This document shows, in pieces, positions 47,505-57,500 of a stretch of DNA of 64,000 nucleotides; the stretch's first letter is position 1; each line of letters starts with the position of its first letter. Location of the stretch: assembly GCA_028817405.1 (NCBI GenBank), contig JAPPPS010000090.1, forward strand, positions 22,570-86,569, in the 5' to 3' direction. The notes beneath the pieces are model-generated. The model made no database searches. It saw only the letters and a list, made by a program, of their open reading frames with translations, and was not told where the DNA came from. The DNA comes from Gammaproteobacteria bacterium. Its GTDB lineage: Bacteria > Pseudomonadota > Gammaproteobacteria > Arenicellales > Poriferihabitantaceae. The position numbers and the translations under genes were made by a program.

Positions 47505-50162
47505 ATGCTCTGGATTGTCGTTGCGTTGTTGCTGTTGGTTGCCGCGTTCGCGTGGTTTCGAATGGCGTTGCAAGCGTGGCTCGGCGCGGCCGCCGCGGTG
47601 TTCGCGCTGGGCTTGTTGGTCGGCGGCGGCGGCGCGTGGCTGTCGCTGTTCTTGCTCGTGGTCATGGCCGGCGGGTGGTTTGTGTTGTTCGGGCCCGGCG
47701 CGCGCGGGTTGCGCCGCCGGTATTTAAGCGCGCCGCTGCTGGCGCAACTGAAACAAACCCTGCCGCCCATCTCGCAAACCGAGCGCGCCGCCATCGACGC
47801 CGGCAGCGTGTGGTGGGACGCGGAATTATTCTCGGGCCGCCCGGACTGGAGCAAACTCTTCGACGCGCCGGCCGCGGTTTTGAGCGAGCGCGAGCGGGCG
47901 TTTCTCGACGGCCCGGTGGAGGAACTCTGCGCGATGGTCGACGACTGGGAAGTGACCGCGCGCTTGGGCGACTTGCCGGCGCCGGTGTGGGATTTCATCA
48001 AGCGCAGTCGCATGTTCGGCTTGAACATTCCGGCCGAATACGGCGGCTTGGGTTTCTCGGCGCATGCGCAGTCGTGCATCGTGCAAAAAATTTCCACCCG
48101 CAGCGCCACGGCCGCGGTGACGGTGATGGTGCCGAATTCCTTGGGCCCCGCCGAACTCATTCTGCACTACGGCAGCGACGCGCAAAAGCAATACTACCTG
48201 CCGCGCCTGGCCGCGGGCGAGGAGACGCCGTGCTTTAGTTTGACCAACCCCTGGGCCGGCTCGGACGCGGCCGGCATGCCGGACGCCGGCGTGCTCTGCC
48301 GCGCCGAACACGACGGTGAGTCGACGCTCGGTTTTCGTCTCAACTGGGAAAAAAGATACATCACCCTCGGTCCGGTGGCGACGCTGATTGGGCTGGCGTT
48401 CAAGGCGTATGACCCGGATGGGTTGCTTGGCGACGGTGACAGTAACAGTGACGGTAACGTCGTCCGCCGCGACGGTGAAACCCCCGGCGCCGGTAACGGT
48501 GACGGTGACGACAGCGACCCCGCGGCCCTCGGCATCACCTGCGCGCTCATCCCCGCCGACACCCCCGGCATCACCATCGGCAACCGTCACCTGCCGTGCG
48601 GCGCGGCGTTCCAGAACGGCCCCAACCGCGGCGAACAGGTTTTCATTCCGTTGCACTGGGTGATTGGCGGGCGCGCCGGCGTCGGCCGCGGCTGGCGCAT
48701 GCTGATGGAATCGCTGGCGGCCGGGCGCGGCGTGTCGTTGCCGGCGGCCGCGGCCGGCGCGGCCAAAGTGGCGGCGCGCAGCGGCGGCGCGTACGCCCGA
48801 GTGCGCGAGCAATTCGGCGTGGACATCGGCCGATTCGAAGGCGTGCAGGAGGCGCTGGCGCGCATCGGCGGGCTGACTTATTTGCTCGACGCCGGGCGCG
48901 AACTGATGAGCGTCGCGCTGGGTTTGGGCGAGCGGCCCGCGGTGCTGTCGGCCATCGTCAAGCAGCAGTGCACCGACTTGTCGCGGCGCGTGGTGAACGA
49001 CGCGCTCGACATTCACGGCGGCAAGGGCATCTGCCTCGGCCCGCGCAACTACCTGGCGCGCCTGTACCAACAAATCCCCATCGGCATCACCGTCGAAGGC
49101 GCGAACATTCTCACCCGCTCGCTGATTATCTTCGGGCAAGGCGCGCTGCGCTGCCATCCGCATCTGCTGGATGAAATCGCCGCGGTGGAGTTGCACGCGC
49201 GCGACCCGGACGCGGCCTTGGACGCTTTCGACCGCGCGTTGAGTCAACACCTCGCGCACATCGCCGCCAACAAACTGCGCGCGTTCGGTTATGGCATCAG
49301 CCGCGGCTGGTTGGCGCGCGGCGTCGCGACCGGCGATGCGGGGGCCCAAGTCGCGGGCAAAGGCGCGGGCAAAGTCGCGAGCCAAGGCGCGAGTTTGATT
49401 CGCCGCCATAGTCGCGCGGTCGAACACTTGAGCGCGGCGTTCGCGTTCATCGCCGATGTCACGCTGCTGCTGCTCGGCGGCGATTTGAAACGCCGCGAGA
49501 TGCTGTCCGGACGGTTCGCCGATGCGCTCGGCAACTTGTATCTCGCCACCGCCGCTTTGAAACGATTTTATGATGCCGCGGCCGCCGGTGGGGCCGGCGC
49601 CACCGGCACCACCGTCGCCACCGTCGCCACCGTCGCCACCGAGGATGCGCTTGCCGATGAAGCGGCGCTTGCCGACTGGGCTTGCGCGCATGCGTTGTTC
49701 GAAGCGCAGGAGGCGTTGGACGGTATCTTGCGCAATTATCCGAAGCGGTATCTCGGCAAGTTGTTGCGCGCCACGGTGTTCGCCGGCGGAAGGTACTTGC
49801 GGCGGCCATCCGATGCGTTGGCGCGGCGCGCGGCCGCGGCGGTGCAGACCGCCGGCGCGGCCCGCGACCGGTTGACTTCGGACATGTATTTGCCGCGCGA
49901 TGAAACCGAACCGCTGGCGCAACTGGAGACGGCGTTGGCGTTGATGGACCAGAGCCGGGCGCTGCGGCGGCGGTTGAAGCGCGACGGCCGGGCGTTGCCG
50001 GCGGGCCGGGAGTTCGGCGCGTGGCTGGACGAGTTGCGCATTGGCGGCGCGGTGAATGACGGGGAGGCGGCGTTGTTGGCGCGCGCGCGCGCCGCGGCCG
50101 CGGCCGCGATTGCGGTCGACGATTTCCCGCCCAAGTCGGCGCGGGCCGCGGCGCAGGCATGA
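47505..50162 (+). CDS. fadE: Large acyl-CoA dehydrogenase (FadE-type)
   Basis: 885 aa with N-terminal TM segments, an ACAD core (...FSLTNPWAGSDAAGM...) and a C-terminal FadE-specific domain. It carries two low-complexity insertions. Confidence 0.85.
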   Translation: MLWIVVALLLLVAAFAWFRMALQAWLGAAAAVFALGLLVGGGGAWLSLFLLVVMAGGWFVLFGPGARGLRRRYLSAPLLAQLKQTLPPISQTERAAIDAGSVWWDAELFSGRPDWSKLFDAPAAVLSERERAFLDGPVEELCAMVDDWEVTARLGDLPAPVWDFIKRSRMFGLNIPAEYGGLGFSAHAQSCIVQKISTRSATAAVTVMVPNSLGPAELILHYGSDAQKQYYLPRLAAGEETPCFSLTNPWAGSDAAGMPDAGVLCRAEHDGESTLGFRLNWEKRYITLGPVATLIGLAFKAYDPDGLLGDGDSNSDGNVVRRDGETPGAGNGDGDDSDPAALGITCALIPADTPGITIGNRHLPCGAAFQNGPNRGEQVFIPLHWVIGGRAGVGRGWRMLMESLAAGRGVSLPAAAAGAAKVAARSGGAYARVREQFGVDIGRFEGVQEALARIGGLTYLLDAGRELMSVALGLGERPAVLSAIVKQQCTDLSRRVVNDALDIHGGKGICLGPRNYLARLYQQIPIGITVEGANILTRSLIIFGQGALRCHPHLLDEIAAVELHARDPDAALDAFDRALSQHLAHIAANKLRAFGYGISRGWLARGVATGDAGAQVAGKGAGKVASQGASLIRRHSRAVEHLSAAFAFIADVTLLLLGGDLKRREMLSGRFADALGNLYLATAALKRFYDAAAAGGAGATGTTVATVATVATEDALADEAALADWACAHALFEAQEALDGILRNYPKRYLGKLLRATVFAGGRYLRRPSDALARRAAAAVQTAGAARDRLTSDMYLPRDETEPLAQLETALALMDQSRALRRRLKRDGRALPAGREFGAWLDELRIGGAVNDGEAALLARARAAAAAAIAVDDFPPKSARAAAQA

Positions 50163-52195
50163 ACGCCGGGGACGGCGGTGACGGTGTTGGTGACGGTGTT
50201 GGCGTTGGCACCGGCGGTGCCGGCGACTCCAACCGCATCGCGCGCGTTTATCCGCCGGATGCGAGTACGCAACCGGGCTTGGACATCATCGAGCCGACTG
50301 AGGCGGTCACTCTGCACGGTTTGTTGCGCGCGCGCGCGGCACGGTCGCCGCAGCATCTCGCGTATATTCAATTCGAGCCATCAGCCGGCCGGCCCGGCGG
50401 CGACGGTGCCGGCGATGGTGACGGTGACGGTGCCGGCGATGGTGACGATGCCGGCGATGGTGACGCCGCTGGCCGTTGGACCGAAACCACTTGGTCGCAG
50501 TTCGCCGCGCAAGTCGAGCGGTGGCGACGCGCCGTGGCCGCGGAACGATTCGCGCGTGGCGCGCGCGCCGCGGTGTGCATGCGCAACCGTCGCGAATGGG
50601 CGGTGTTCGACCAAGCCTGTCTCGCGGCCGGGTTGGTGGTGGTGCCGCTATACGCCGAAGACCGCGCCGACAACATCGCCTACATTTTGGCCGACACCGA
50701 AGCGCAACTGTTGTTGGTCGAGAACTTTGGCGTGTGGCGGCAGTTGGAGTCGGCGGTGGCCGCGGTGGATTCGTTGACGCGGGTGGTGGTTGTCGATGGC
50801 GAAAACAAAAACGAAACCGAAAACAAAAACACTGAAAACAAAACCGACTCGCGACTGTTGCCGTTGCAACAATGGTTGGCAAGCGGCGCGCGCGTCGACT
50901 CGGCCGCGGATGCAACGCCCGATGCAGCGCAACCCGATGACCTCGCCACCATCGTCTACACCTCCGGCACCACCGGCAAACCCAAAGGCGTGATGCTCTC
51001 GCACGCCAACATCTTAAGCAACGCGCGCGCCGGCCTGCGCAGCGTGGCGGTGTTCCCGGCCGACAAGTTCCTGTCGTTCCTGCCGCTGTCGCACATGTTC
51101 GAGCGCACGGTCGGTTATTACTTGCCGCTCATGGCCGGCGCGACGGTGGCGTTCAACCGCGCCATCGCCGACTTGCCGGCCGACTTGGCGATTCAAAAAC
51201 CGACCATCATGATTAGCGTGCCGCGCATCTTCGAGCGCGCGCATGCGGCAATCGCCGAGCGGTTGGCGCGCGGCCCCGCGCCGGCGAGATGGCTGTTCAA
51301 CCTGGCGGTCGATGTCGGTTGGCGGCGCTTCGAGCGCGCGCAGGGCCGCGCCGGCTGGCATCCGAAACTGTTGCTGTGGCGCGCGCTGGACGCGTTGGTC
51401 GCGCGCAAAGTTCGGCGGCGATTCGGCGGCGACTTAAAGTGCGTCATCAGCGGCGGCGCGCCGTTGGCGGCGCACATCGCGCGCGTTTTTATCGCGCTCG
51501 GCGTCGACATTTTGCAGGGCTACGGCTTGACCGAAACCAGCCCGACGCTCAGCGTCAACACCCGCGCGCGCAACAAACCGGCAAGCATCGGCCTGCCGTT
51601 CATCGGAACGGAAATTCGGTTATCAAAGAGCGGCGAACTGCAATCGCGCGGCCCCGGCATCATGCGCGGCTACTGGCGCAACGAAGCGGCGACGCGCGCC
51701 TGCATCGACGCCGAGGGTTGGTTTTCCAGCGGCGACTTGGCGCGCATCGACGCGGACGGATTCTTGTTCATCACCGGGCGCAGCAAAGACATCATCGTCA
51801 CCGCCACCGGCGAGAAGGTGCCGCCGGCCGACATGGAAGTCGCGATTTGCGAAGACGCGTTGTTCGAGCAAGCGATGGTGGTCGGCGAAGGGCGCGCGTT
51901 TTTATCCGCGGTGGTGGTTTTGAACGCGCAACAATGGCGCGACTGCGCGGCGAAGTTGGGCGTCGATGCGGAGGACGATGCCGCGTTGGCGAGCACGGCG
52001 GCGGAGACTTTTATGCGCGCGCGCATCGCCGCCCGCCTGCGCGACTTCCCCGGTTATGCGACGGTGCATCGAGTGTGCGCGACGCTTGCACCGTGGACCA
52101 CCGAGGACGGTACGCTCACGCCGACATTAAAAATCAAACGCGCGGTGTTGCGCGAACGTTTCGCCGCGCAACTCGACGCGTTCTACCGCGACTAA
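50159..52195 (+). CDS. Long-chain-fatty-acid-CoA ligase (AMP-forming)
   Basis: ATGA overlap with fadE. AMP-binding motif YTSGTTGKPKGVMLSH and later GYGLTETSP. It contains GDG-repeat and ENKN-repeat insertions. Confidence 0.85.
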   Translation: MNAGDGGDGVGDGVGVGTGGAGDSNRIARVYPPDASTQPGLDIIEPTEAVTLHGLLRARAARSPQHLAYIQFEPSAGRPGGDGAGDGDGDGAGDGDDAGDGDAAGRWTETTWSQFAAQVERWRRAVAAERFARGARAAVCMRNRREWAVFDQACLAAGLVVVPLYAEDRADNIAYILADTEAQLLLVENFGVWRQLESAVAAVDSLTRVVVVDGENKNETENKNTENKTDSRLLPLQQWLASGARVDSAADATPDAAQPDDLATIVYTSGTTGKPKGVMLSHANILSNARAGLRSVAVFPADKFLSFLPLSHMFERTVGYYLPLMAGATVAFNRAIADLPADLAIQKPTIMISVPRIFERAHAAIAERLARGPAPARWLFNLAVDVGWRRFERAQGRAGWHPKLLLWRALDALVARKVRRRFGGDLKCVISGGAPLAAHIARVFIALGVDILQGYGLTETSPTLSVNTRARNKPASIGLPFIGTEIRLSKSGELQSRGPGIMRGYWRNEAATRACIDAEGWFSSGDLARIDADGFLFITGRSKDIIVTATGEKVPPADMEVAICEDALFEQAMVVGEGRAFLSAVVVLNAQQWRDCAAKLGVDAEDDAALASTAAETFMRARIAARLRDFPGYATVHRVCATLAPWTTEDGTLTPTLKIKRAVLRERFAAQLDAFYRD

Positions 52196-52197
52196 CC

Positions 52198-52893
52198 ATG
52201 ACCACGCTGGCGTTTGATGTCTACGGCACGCTCATCGACACCGCGGGGGTTACCACGGTGTTGGAAAAACATTTGGGCGACGCCGCGGCGGCCGCGGAGT
52301 TTTCCACGCAATGGCGGCAAAAACAATTGGAATACACTTTCCGTTACGGTTTGATGGGCGTGTACCGCGACTTCCGCGTCTGCACCCGGCAAGCGTTGGA
52401 TTTTTGTTGCGATGCGTTGCGCGCCGATATGCCGGCCGCGGCGCGCGCCGAGTTGATGGACTGTTATCTCGCGTTGCCGGCGTTTGATGATGTGCGCGGC
52501 GGTTTGGAATTGTTATCCGCGGCGCGGGCGAAAGCGCGACTGAAACTGTACGCGTTTTCCAACGGCCGCCCGGACGACCTCGAAGCGTTGCTTGCCCGCG
52601 CCGGCATCGACGCGCACTTGGACGGCGTGGTCAGCGTCCATGAAACGCAAACCTTCAAGCCGGCCGCCGCGGTGTATCGGCATTTCCTGGCCCGCGCCGG
52701 CGCGGCCGCCGACGACACCTGGCTCATCTCCGGCAACCCGTTCGACATCTGCGGCGCGCGCGCGGCCGGTCTGCATGCGCTGTGGCTGCGCCGCGCGCCG
52801 GCCGCGGTGTTCGACCCATGGGAATTCGCGCCGGATGCAATCGCCGCCGACTTGATTGAAGTGGCGCGGCGGTTTAGCGACGCAAAACCATAA
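52198..52893 (+). CDS. Haloacid dehalogenase type II (HAD superfamily)
   Basis: LAFDVYGTLID carries the DxYGT nucleophile motif, and QWRQKQLEYTF is typical of type II HADs. Confidence 0.8.
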   Translation: MTTLAFDVYGTLIDTAGVTTVLEKHLGDAAAAAEFSTQWRQKQLEYTFRYGLMGVYRDFRVCTRQALDFCCDALRADMPAAARAELMDCYLALPAFDDVRGGLELLSAARAKARLKLYAFSNGRPDDLEALLARAGIDAHLDGVVSVHETQTFKPAAAVYRHFLARAGAAADDTWLISGNPFDICGARAAGLHALWLRRAPAAVFDPWEFAPDAIAADLIEVARRFSDAKP

Positions 52894-52910
52894 CCGTCCC
52901 ATCCGTCATT

Positions 52911-52938
52911 CCGGACTCCGGCGGTCGCCGGAGTGGCA
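52911..52938. repeat. REP palindrome
   Basis: CCGGACTCCGGCGGTCGCCGGAGTGGCA. Confidence 0.8.
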
Positions 52939-52966
52939 AGCCGGCGGCCGAACGACACTAAACAGC

Positions 52967-54076
52967 ATGTCCGAAATCCACACGCCAACCCCGTCGCAAC
53001 CGTCGCTCACTTGGGCGTTGATTGGCCAGGCGTACGCGCCGGTGTCGATTCCGCCGAAAGGTTACGGCGCGGTGGAAAGCATCATCTGGGATTACAAAAC
53101 TTATCTGCAACAACTCGGCCACAAAGTGGTCGTCATCAACACCGGCGATAAACGCGAAATCATCACCGCGGTTAACCGTTGCCGGCCGGATGTCGTGCAT
53201 CTGCATCAGTACCCGCTGTCCGGCGTGCTGAATAAAATCCGCGCGCCGGTGAAAATCTTCACCAGCCATTCGGGTCACGAAATCAGCCGGCTGGCATCTT
53301 ACCGTCTCATCGCCAAACATTTCATGCCGTACTTAAAGGACGGTTTGTTTATTTTTGTGTTGTCGCCGGTTTGGCGGCGGTGCTTTATCGACTGCGGATA
53401 TCACCCCGCGGAAGTGTTTGTAACATTGAACGGCGCCGACCACCGCCGATTTCAATTCCGCAACCCGCCGCTGCATGCAAACCGCGGCATTTATCTCGGC
53501 AACATCACCGGCAACAAAAGACAGCATCTTTATCAAACCATCGATTCCATTGATTTCGCGGGCCCGCATGGCGACGCAAGATTCGAGCAAACGCGCGCCA
53601 ACTATCTCGGCGAATGGTCGCGCGAATATTTATACGCGCATTTATCCGACTACGCCAACTTGGTTATTTTAAGTCGAGTCGAGGCCGCGGCGCCGCTGGT
53701 TGTTTTGGAAGCGTTGGTGTGCGGCTTGGGCGTGGTGGTCAGCGAAGCCGCGTCGGTGAACTTGGATACCAAGTTGCCGTGGGTCACCGTCATTCCGGAA
53801 CAGAAAATCACCGACATCGATTTCGTGGCCGGCGAAATCGCGCGCAACCGTGCCATCGCGTTGCGCCACCGGGAAGCCATCCGCCAATACGGCATCGACA
53901 ATTTTTCATGGGAAAATTTGATTCCGCGCTACGCCGGTTTGTGCGCGAAATTGCGCGCCGAATCACCCCATAATCGCCCCCCCCCCCCCCGCAAAAACTG
54001 CGCAATACGCTGCGCCGGCTGCGTTATCTCCTGCCGGCGTTGCCGGGCGGTTTCGCGCTGGTCGCCGGTTATCTGA
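52967..54076 (+). CDS. GT-B fold (family 1/4-like) glycosyltransferase; the C-terminus is ambiguous because of a poly-C tract
   Basis: EAAAPLVVLEAL is an E-x7-E-type motif. The N-terminal Rossmann-like half reads KGYGAVESIIWDY...GHKVVVI. G+C is intermediate. ATG at 52967. Confidence 0.65.
   Translation: MSEIHTPTPSQPSLTWALIGQAYAPVSIPPKGYGAVESIIWDYKTYLQQLGHKVVVINTGDKREIITAVNRCRPDVVHLHQYPLSGVLNKIRAPVKIFTSHSGHEISRLASYRLIAKHFMPYLKDGLFIFVLSPVWRRCFIDCGYHPAEVFVTLNGADHRRFQFRNPPLHANRGIYLGNITGNKRQHLYQTIDSIDFAGPHGDARFEQTRANYLGEWSREYLYAHLSDYANLVILSRVEAAAPLVVLEALVCGLGVVVSEAASVNLDTKLPWVTVIPEQKITDIDFVAGEIARNRAIALRHREAIRQYGIDNFSWENLIPRYAGLCAKLRAESPHNRPPPPRKNCAIRCAGCVISCRRCRAVSRWSPVI
53977..53990 (+). repeat. 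Homopolymeric C14 tract near the 3' end of the glycosyltransferase gene
   Basis: CGCCCCCCCCCCCCCCGC, and the downstream reading frame depends on tract length. Confidence 0.95.
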
Positions 54077-54244
54077 TTTTCAAATGGCTACCGCGCCGCC
54101 TGCGCCGTTGGTTTTCATAACGCAGCGCCGCATTTTCTCGCGCAACTTGGCGGCGATTTATGGCAAAATGGCGCGGTTAAATTTTCGCGGCCGGCTCCCC
54201 CGGATTCGCCCGCGATTCCCCACCAACCTTAACCGGGATTCATC

Positions 54245-54586
54245 ATGGAAACGCTTCTCAACTTCTTCATCGCGCCGGCCTGGGCGCAAGACGGCGGCGG
54301 CGGCGGGCTGTTCACGCTGCTGCCGATGGTGCTGATTTTCGTCATCTTCTATTTACTGTTGATTCGCCCGCAGCAGAAGCGCGCCAAGCAGCACAAAACC
54401 ATGGTCGCCGGTTTGTCGAAAGGCGACGAAGTCGTCACCAACGGCGGCGCGCTCGGCAAAATCACCGGCGTCGACGACAACTTCGTCACCGTCGAAATCG
54501 CCGACGGCGTGCGCATCAAAGTCCAGCGCATGTCCATCGCGCAGATGATGCCGAAAGGCACGGTGAAGCCGGACAAATCGTCGTAG
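54245..54586 (+). CDS. yajC: Preprotein translocase subunit YajC
   Basis: LLPMVLIFVIFYLLLIRPQQKRAKQHKTMVAGLSKGDEVVTNGGALGKITGVDDNFVTVEIADGVRIKVQR. Confidence 0.92.
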   Translation: METLLNFFIAPAWAQDGGGGGLFTLLPMVLIFVIFYLLLIRPQQKRAKQHKTMVAGLSKGDEVVTNGGALGKITGVDDNFVTVEIADGVRIKVQRMSIAQMMPKGTVKPDKSS

Positions 54587-54590
54587 GCGG

Positions 54591-57500
54591 ATGACCATTC
54601 TCGATAACCACAGTCGGGTAAGCAGCGTTGGCGCACATTTGCGCGGGCTGCTCGGTGACGGTGCGCATACTTTGCGCATCGTCTCCGCCTACTTCACAAT
54701 ACATGCATATGAGGGGTTAATGCGCGAATTAGAAAATGTCGACACGGTGCGATTTTTGTACGGTGACCCCGGGTCTGTTGGGGAAGTCGACCCGGGCGAG
54801 AAGAAAAACAAAGGATTTGATTTAAGTGAACAAGGCTTATTGCCGCAACAATTGCTTCGACAAAAGCGTTTGGCAAAAGATTGCGAAAAATGGATAAAAG
54901 AACGAGTCAAAATTCGCACCATCAAGCAAGTAAATTTTTTGCACGGCAAAATGTATCACATCGAACGGTCCGCTTATCCGGATGCGGCGGTAATCGGGAG
55001 TTCAAACTTCACGCGCCGCGGACTGGGTTTTGACGACAGTGCAAATTTGGAACTCAACTTGTCCGTTGACGATGCTTCGACTTGTGATTCGTTGAAGCAG
55101 TGGTTTGATGCCATTTGGAGCAACAAGCATCTTAGTAGAGACGCCAAGGATGAGGTGCTGGCCGCGCTTCGTCGAATCGGCGAAAACCGCTCTCCGGAAC
55201 TTGTTTATTTCAAGACCTTGATGGAAATTTTTCGCGACCGAATAGAAGCGCGCGAACAAACAAGAGAGTGGCTTGGGGTGACGGACCTCAGAGATACACA
55301 GGTATGGCGAACGCTGTTTCCATTTCAGCGCGACGGTGTGATTGGAATCATCAATCGCTTGGAGCAACACAACGGATGCATTCTTGCCGATAGTGTCGGG
55401 CTTGGTAAAACCTACACGGCGTTGGCGGTCATTCGTTACTATGAAGCGAAAAATCAGCGGGTGTTGGTGCTCTGCCCAAAGAAACTCAGCGAAAACTGGA
55501 AACTCTACCCGACGCAATTCGGACAGCAAGGCAACCCTTTCAAGGAAGATAATTTCCATTATACCGTGTTGCATCACACCGACCTGTCACGACAATCAGG
55601 TCAATCAAACGGCATTGATTTGGCCGGATTTGATTGGAGCGGCTACGGTTTGGTGGTGATAGACGAATCTCACAACTTTCGCAACGAATCCAGCAGTACA
55701 CGCGACGAAAACGGTGTGATTATTCGCCACAGTCTTTATGAACGGTTGTTGCAGGATGTGATTCAACAGAGCGGCAAAACCAGCGTGTTGATGCTGTCAG
55801 CGACTCCAGTCAATACTTCGTTGGATGACCTGCGCAATCAAATCTATTTTATGACCGGGAAACGGGAAGATGCCTTCAAAGAAACCCTCGGCATAACGAG
55901 TGTTCGTTCCATGCTTGGTCGCGCGCAAAAACAGTTCAAGGAATGGGAGCGGCGAGGCGGGAACAAAGACAAACAAAAATTGTTCGATGCCCTGGGGGGC
56001 GACTTTTTTGCGCTGTTAGACGCCGTTTCCATCGCCAGGTCGCGCCGCCATGTAAAGATATTTTACCCGGAAGTCGTCAAGGAAATCGGCGGCTTTCCAA
56101 CGCAGACCAAACCCGAAAACGAATCCCCGCCAACGGATGCTCTGGGGAAACTCTCCTACGAAGAACTGAATCACGAGATTCAGAAATTTCGACTTTCGAT
56201 TTACACTCCGGCGAAATATGTCATCGGAGAACAGGCGCGACACGATCTGGAAGAGGAGAAAAAGAAATTCAACTTCAACCAAGTTGACCGTGAACGTTGG
56301 TTGATTGGCATGATCCGCGTAAATTTCCTCAAGCGCTTGGAAAGCGCCGCGCCGTCTTTGGAAAAAACATTAGGCCGGACCATTCAAAAAATTGAGGAGC
56401 AAGTGGATAAAATAGGGAGATATAAGTCGAAAATCGACGATGAAGGCGACGCCAACGCATCTTTGGAAGATGATTGGGATGACGAGGATTTTGTCGCCAG
56501 CAAGGCTCGACACACCTTTCACTTTAAAGATTTGGATCTGTCGAAGTGGGCGGATGATTTACGCAAAGATATGGATGTGCTGGAGGTGGTGCGCGTGAAA
56601 GTTGGCGCCATTACCCCGCAACGAGATAAAAAATTGGCCACGCTGAAACATAGAATTTTCGACAAACTGGCCAACCCGACCACTAACAAGGACGGACGCA
56701 AGAATCGCAAAATTCTGGTGTTCACTGCGTTTAAGGACACGGCCGTTTACTTGTACGATTATCTGATGCCCCTGATTCAGGATGCGTTTAATGTCGAGTG
56801 CGCGATGGTTGCCGGAGACGAGACAAAAACCACTTATGGCAACAACAATTTTAATGATATTTTGACCAACTTTGCCCCCATCGGACGCGGTCGATTTAAT
56901 CGTGATGAAGTTGGGCAGCCCATCCCAGATGAAAAGCCGGAGATAGATGTTCTTATCGCTACGGATTGCATCTCGGAGGGGCAGAATCTGCAAGACTGCG
57001 ACCGGGTGGTTAATTATGACATTCACTGGAATCCGGTTCGTTTGGTTCAACGTTTTGGCCGGATCGACCGCATCGGGAGTCGCAACTCAGCGGTGGGCAT
57101 GATTAATTTCTGGCCGACGAAGGAACTTAACTACTACCTGGACCTGAAAAACCGCGTAGAAGCACGGCTGGCTTTGATGGACGCTACCGCTACAGGAGAT
57201 GAACCCGCCGTTACCGAGAATGAGATGCGCGAGAGCGCCGAAACGGAGATGGGTTTTCGAGATGCACAAATTCGTCGATTGCATGAAAGTGCATTTGGTC
57301 TCGATGATCTGGACGACAGTGTAACCATGAGCGATTTTTCGTTGGACGATTTTATCGCGCAATTAATGAATTATTTGGAGAGAAACCGTGCAGAATTAGA
57401 ATGCGTTCCCTTGGGAGTATTCGCGGTTGCTGATTGCGCGAAAATGCAACCGAGCGTTCTTTCCAATATCGCTTCTCCGGGAGTGATTTTTTGTCTGCGA

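Noticed and set aside
47826-49922. A 698-aa minus-strand ORF.
   Set aside because: It is antisense to the FadE-type acyl-CoA dehydrogenase and has an Arg/Ala/Gly-rich composition.
51289-52197. The 5' part of the 534-aa ORF 51289..52893.
   Set aside because: It lies out of frame over the acyl-CoA ligase gene. The genuine HAD gene starts at ATG 52198.
54084-54335. An 83-aa ORF upstream of and overlapping yajC.
   Set aside because: It is Arg/Pro-rich and overlaps the yajC start. It corresponds to the -1 frame continuation after the poly-C tract rather than an independent gene.
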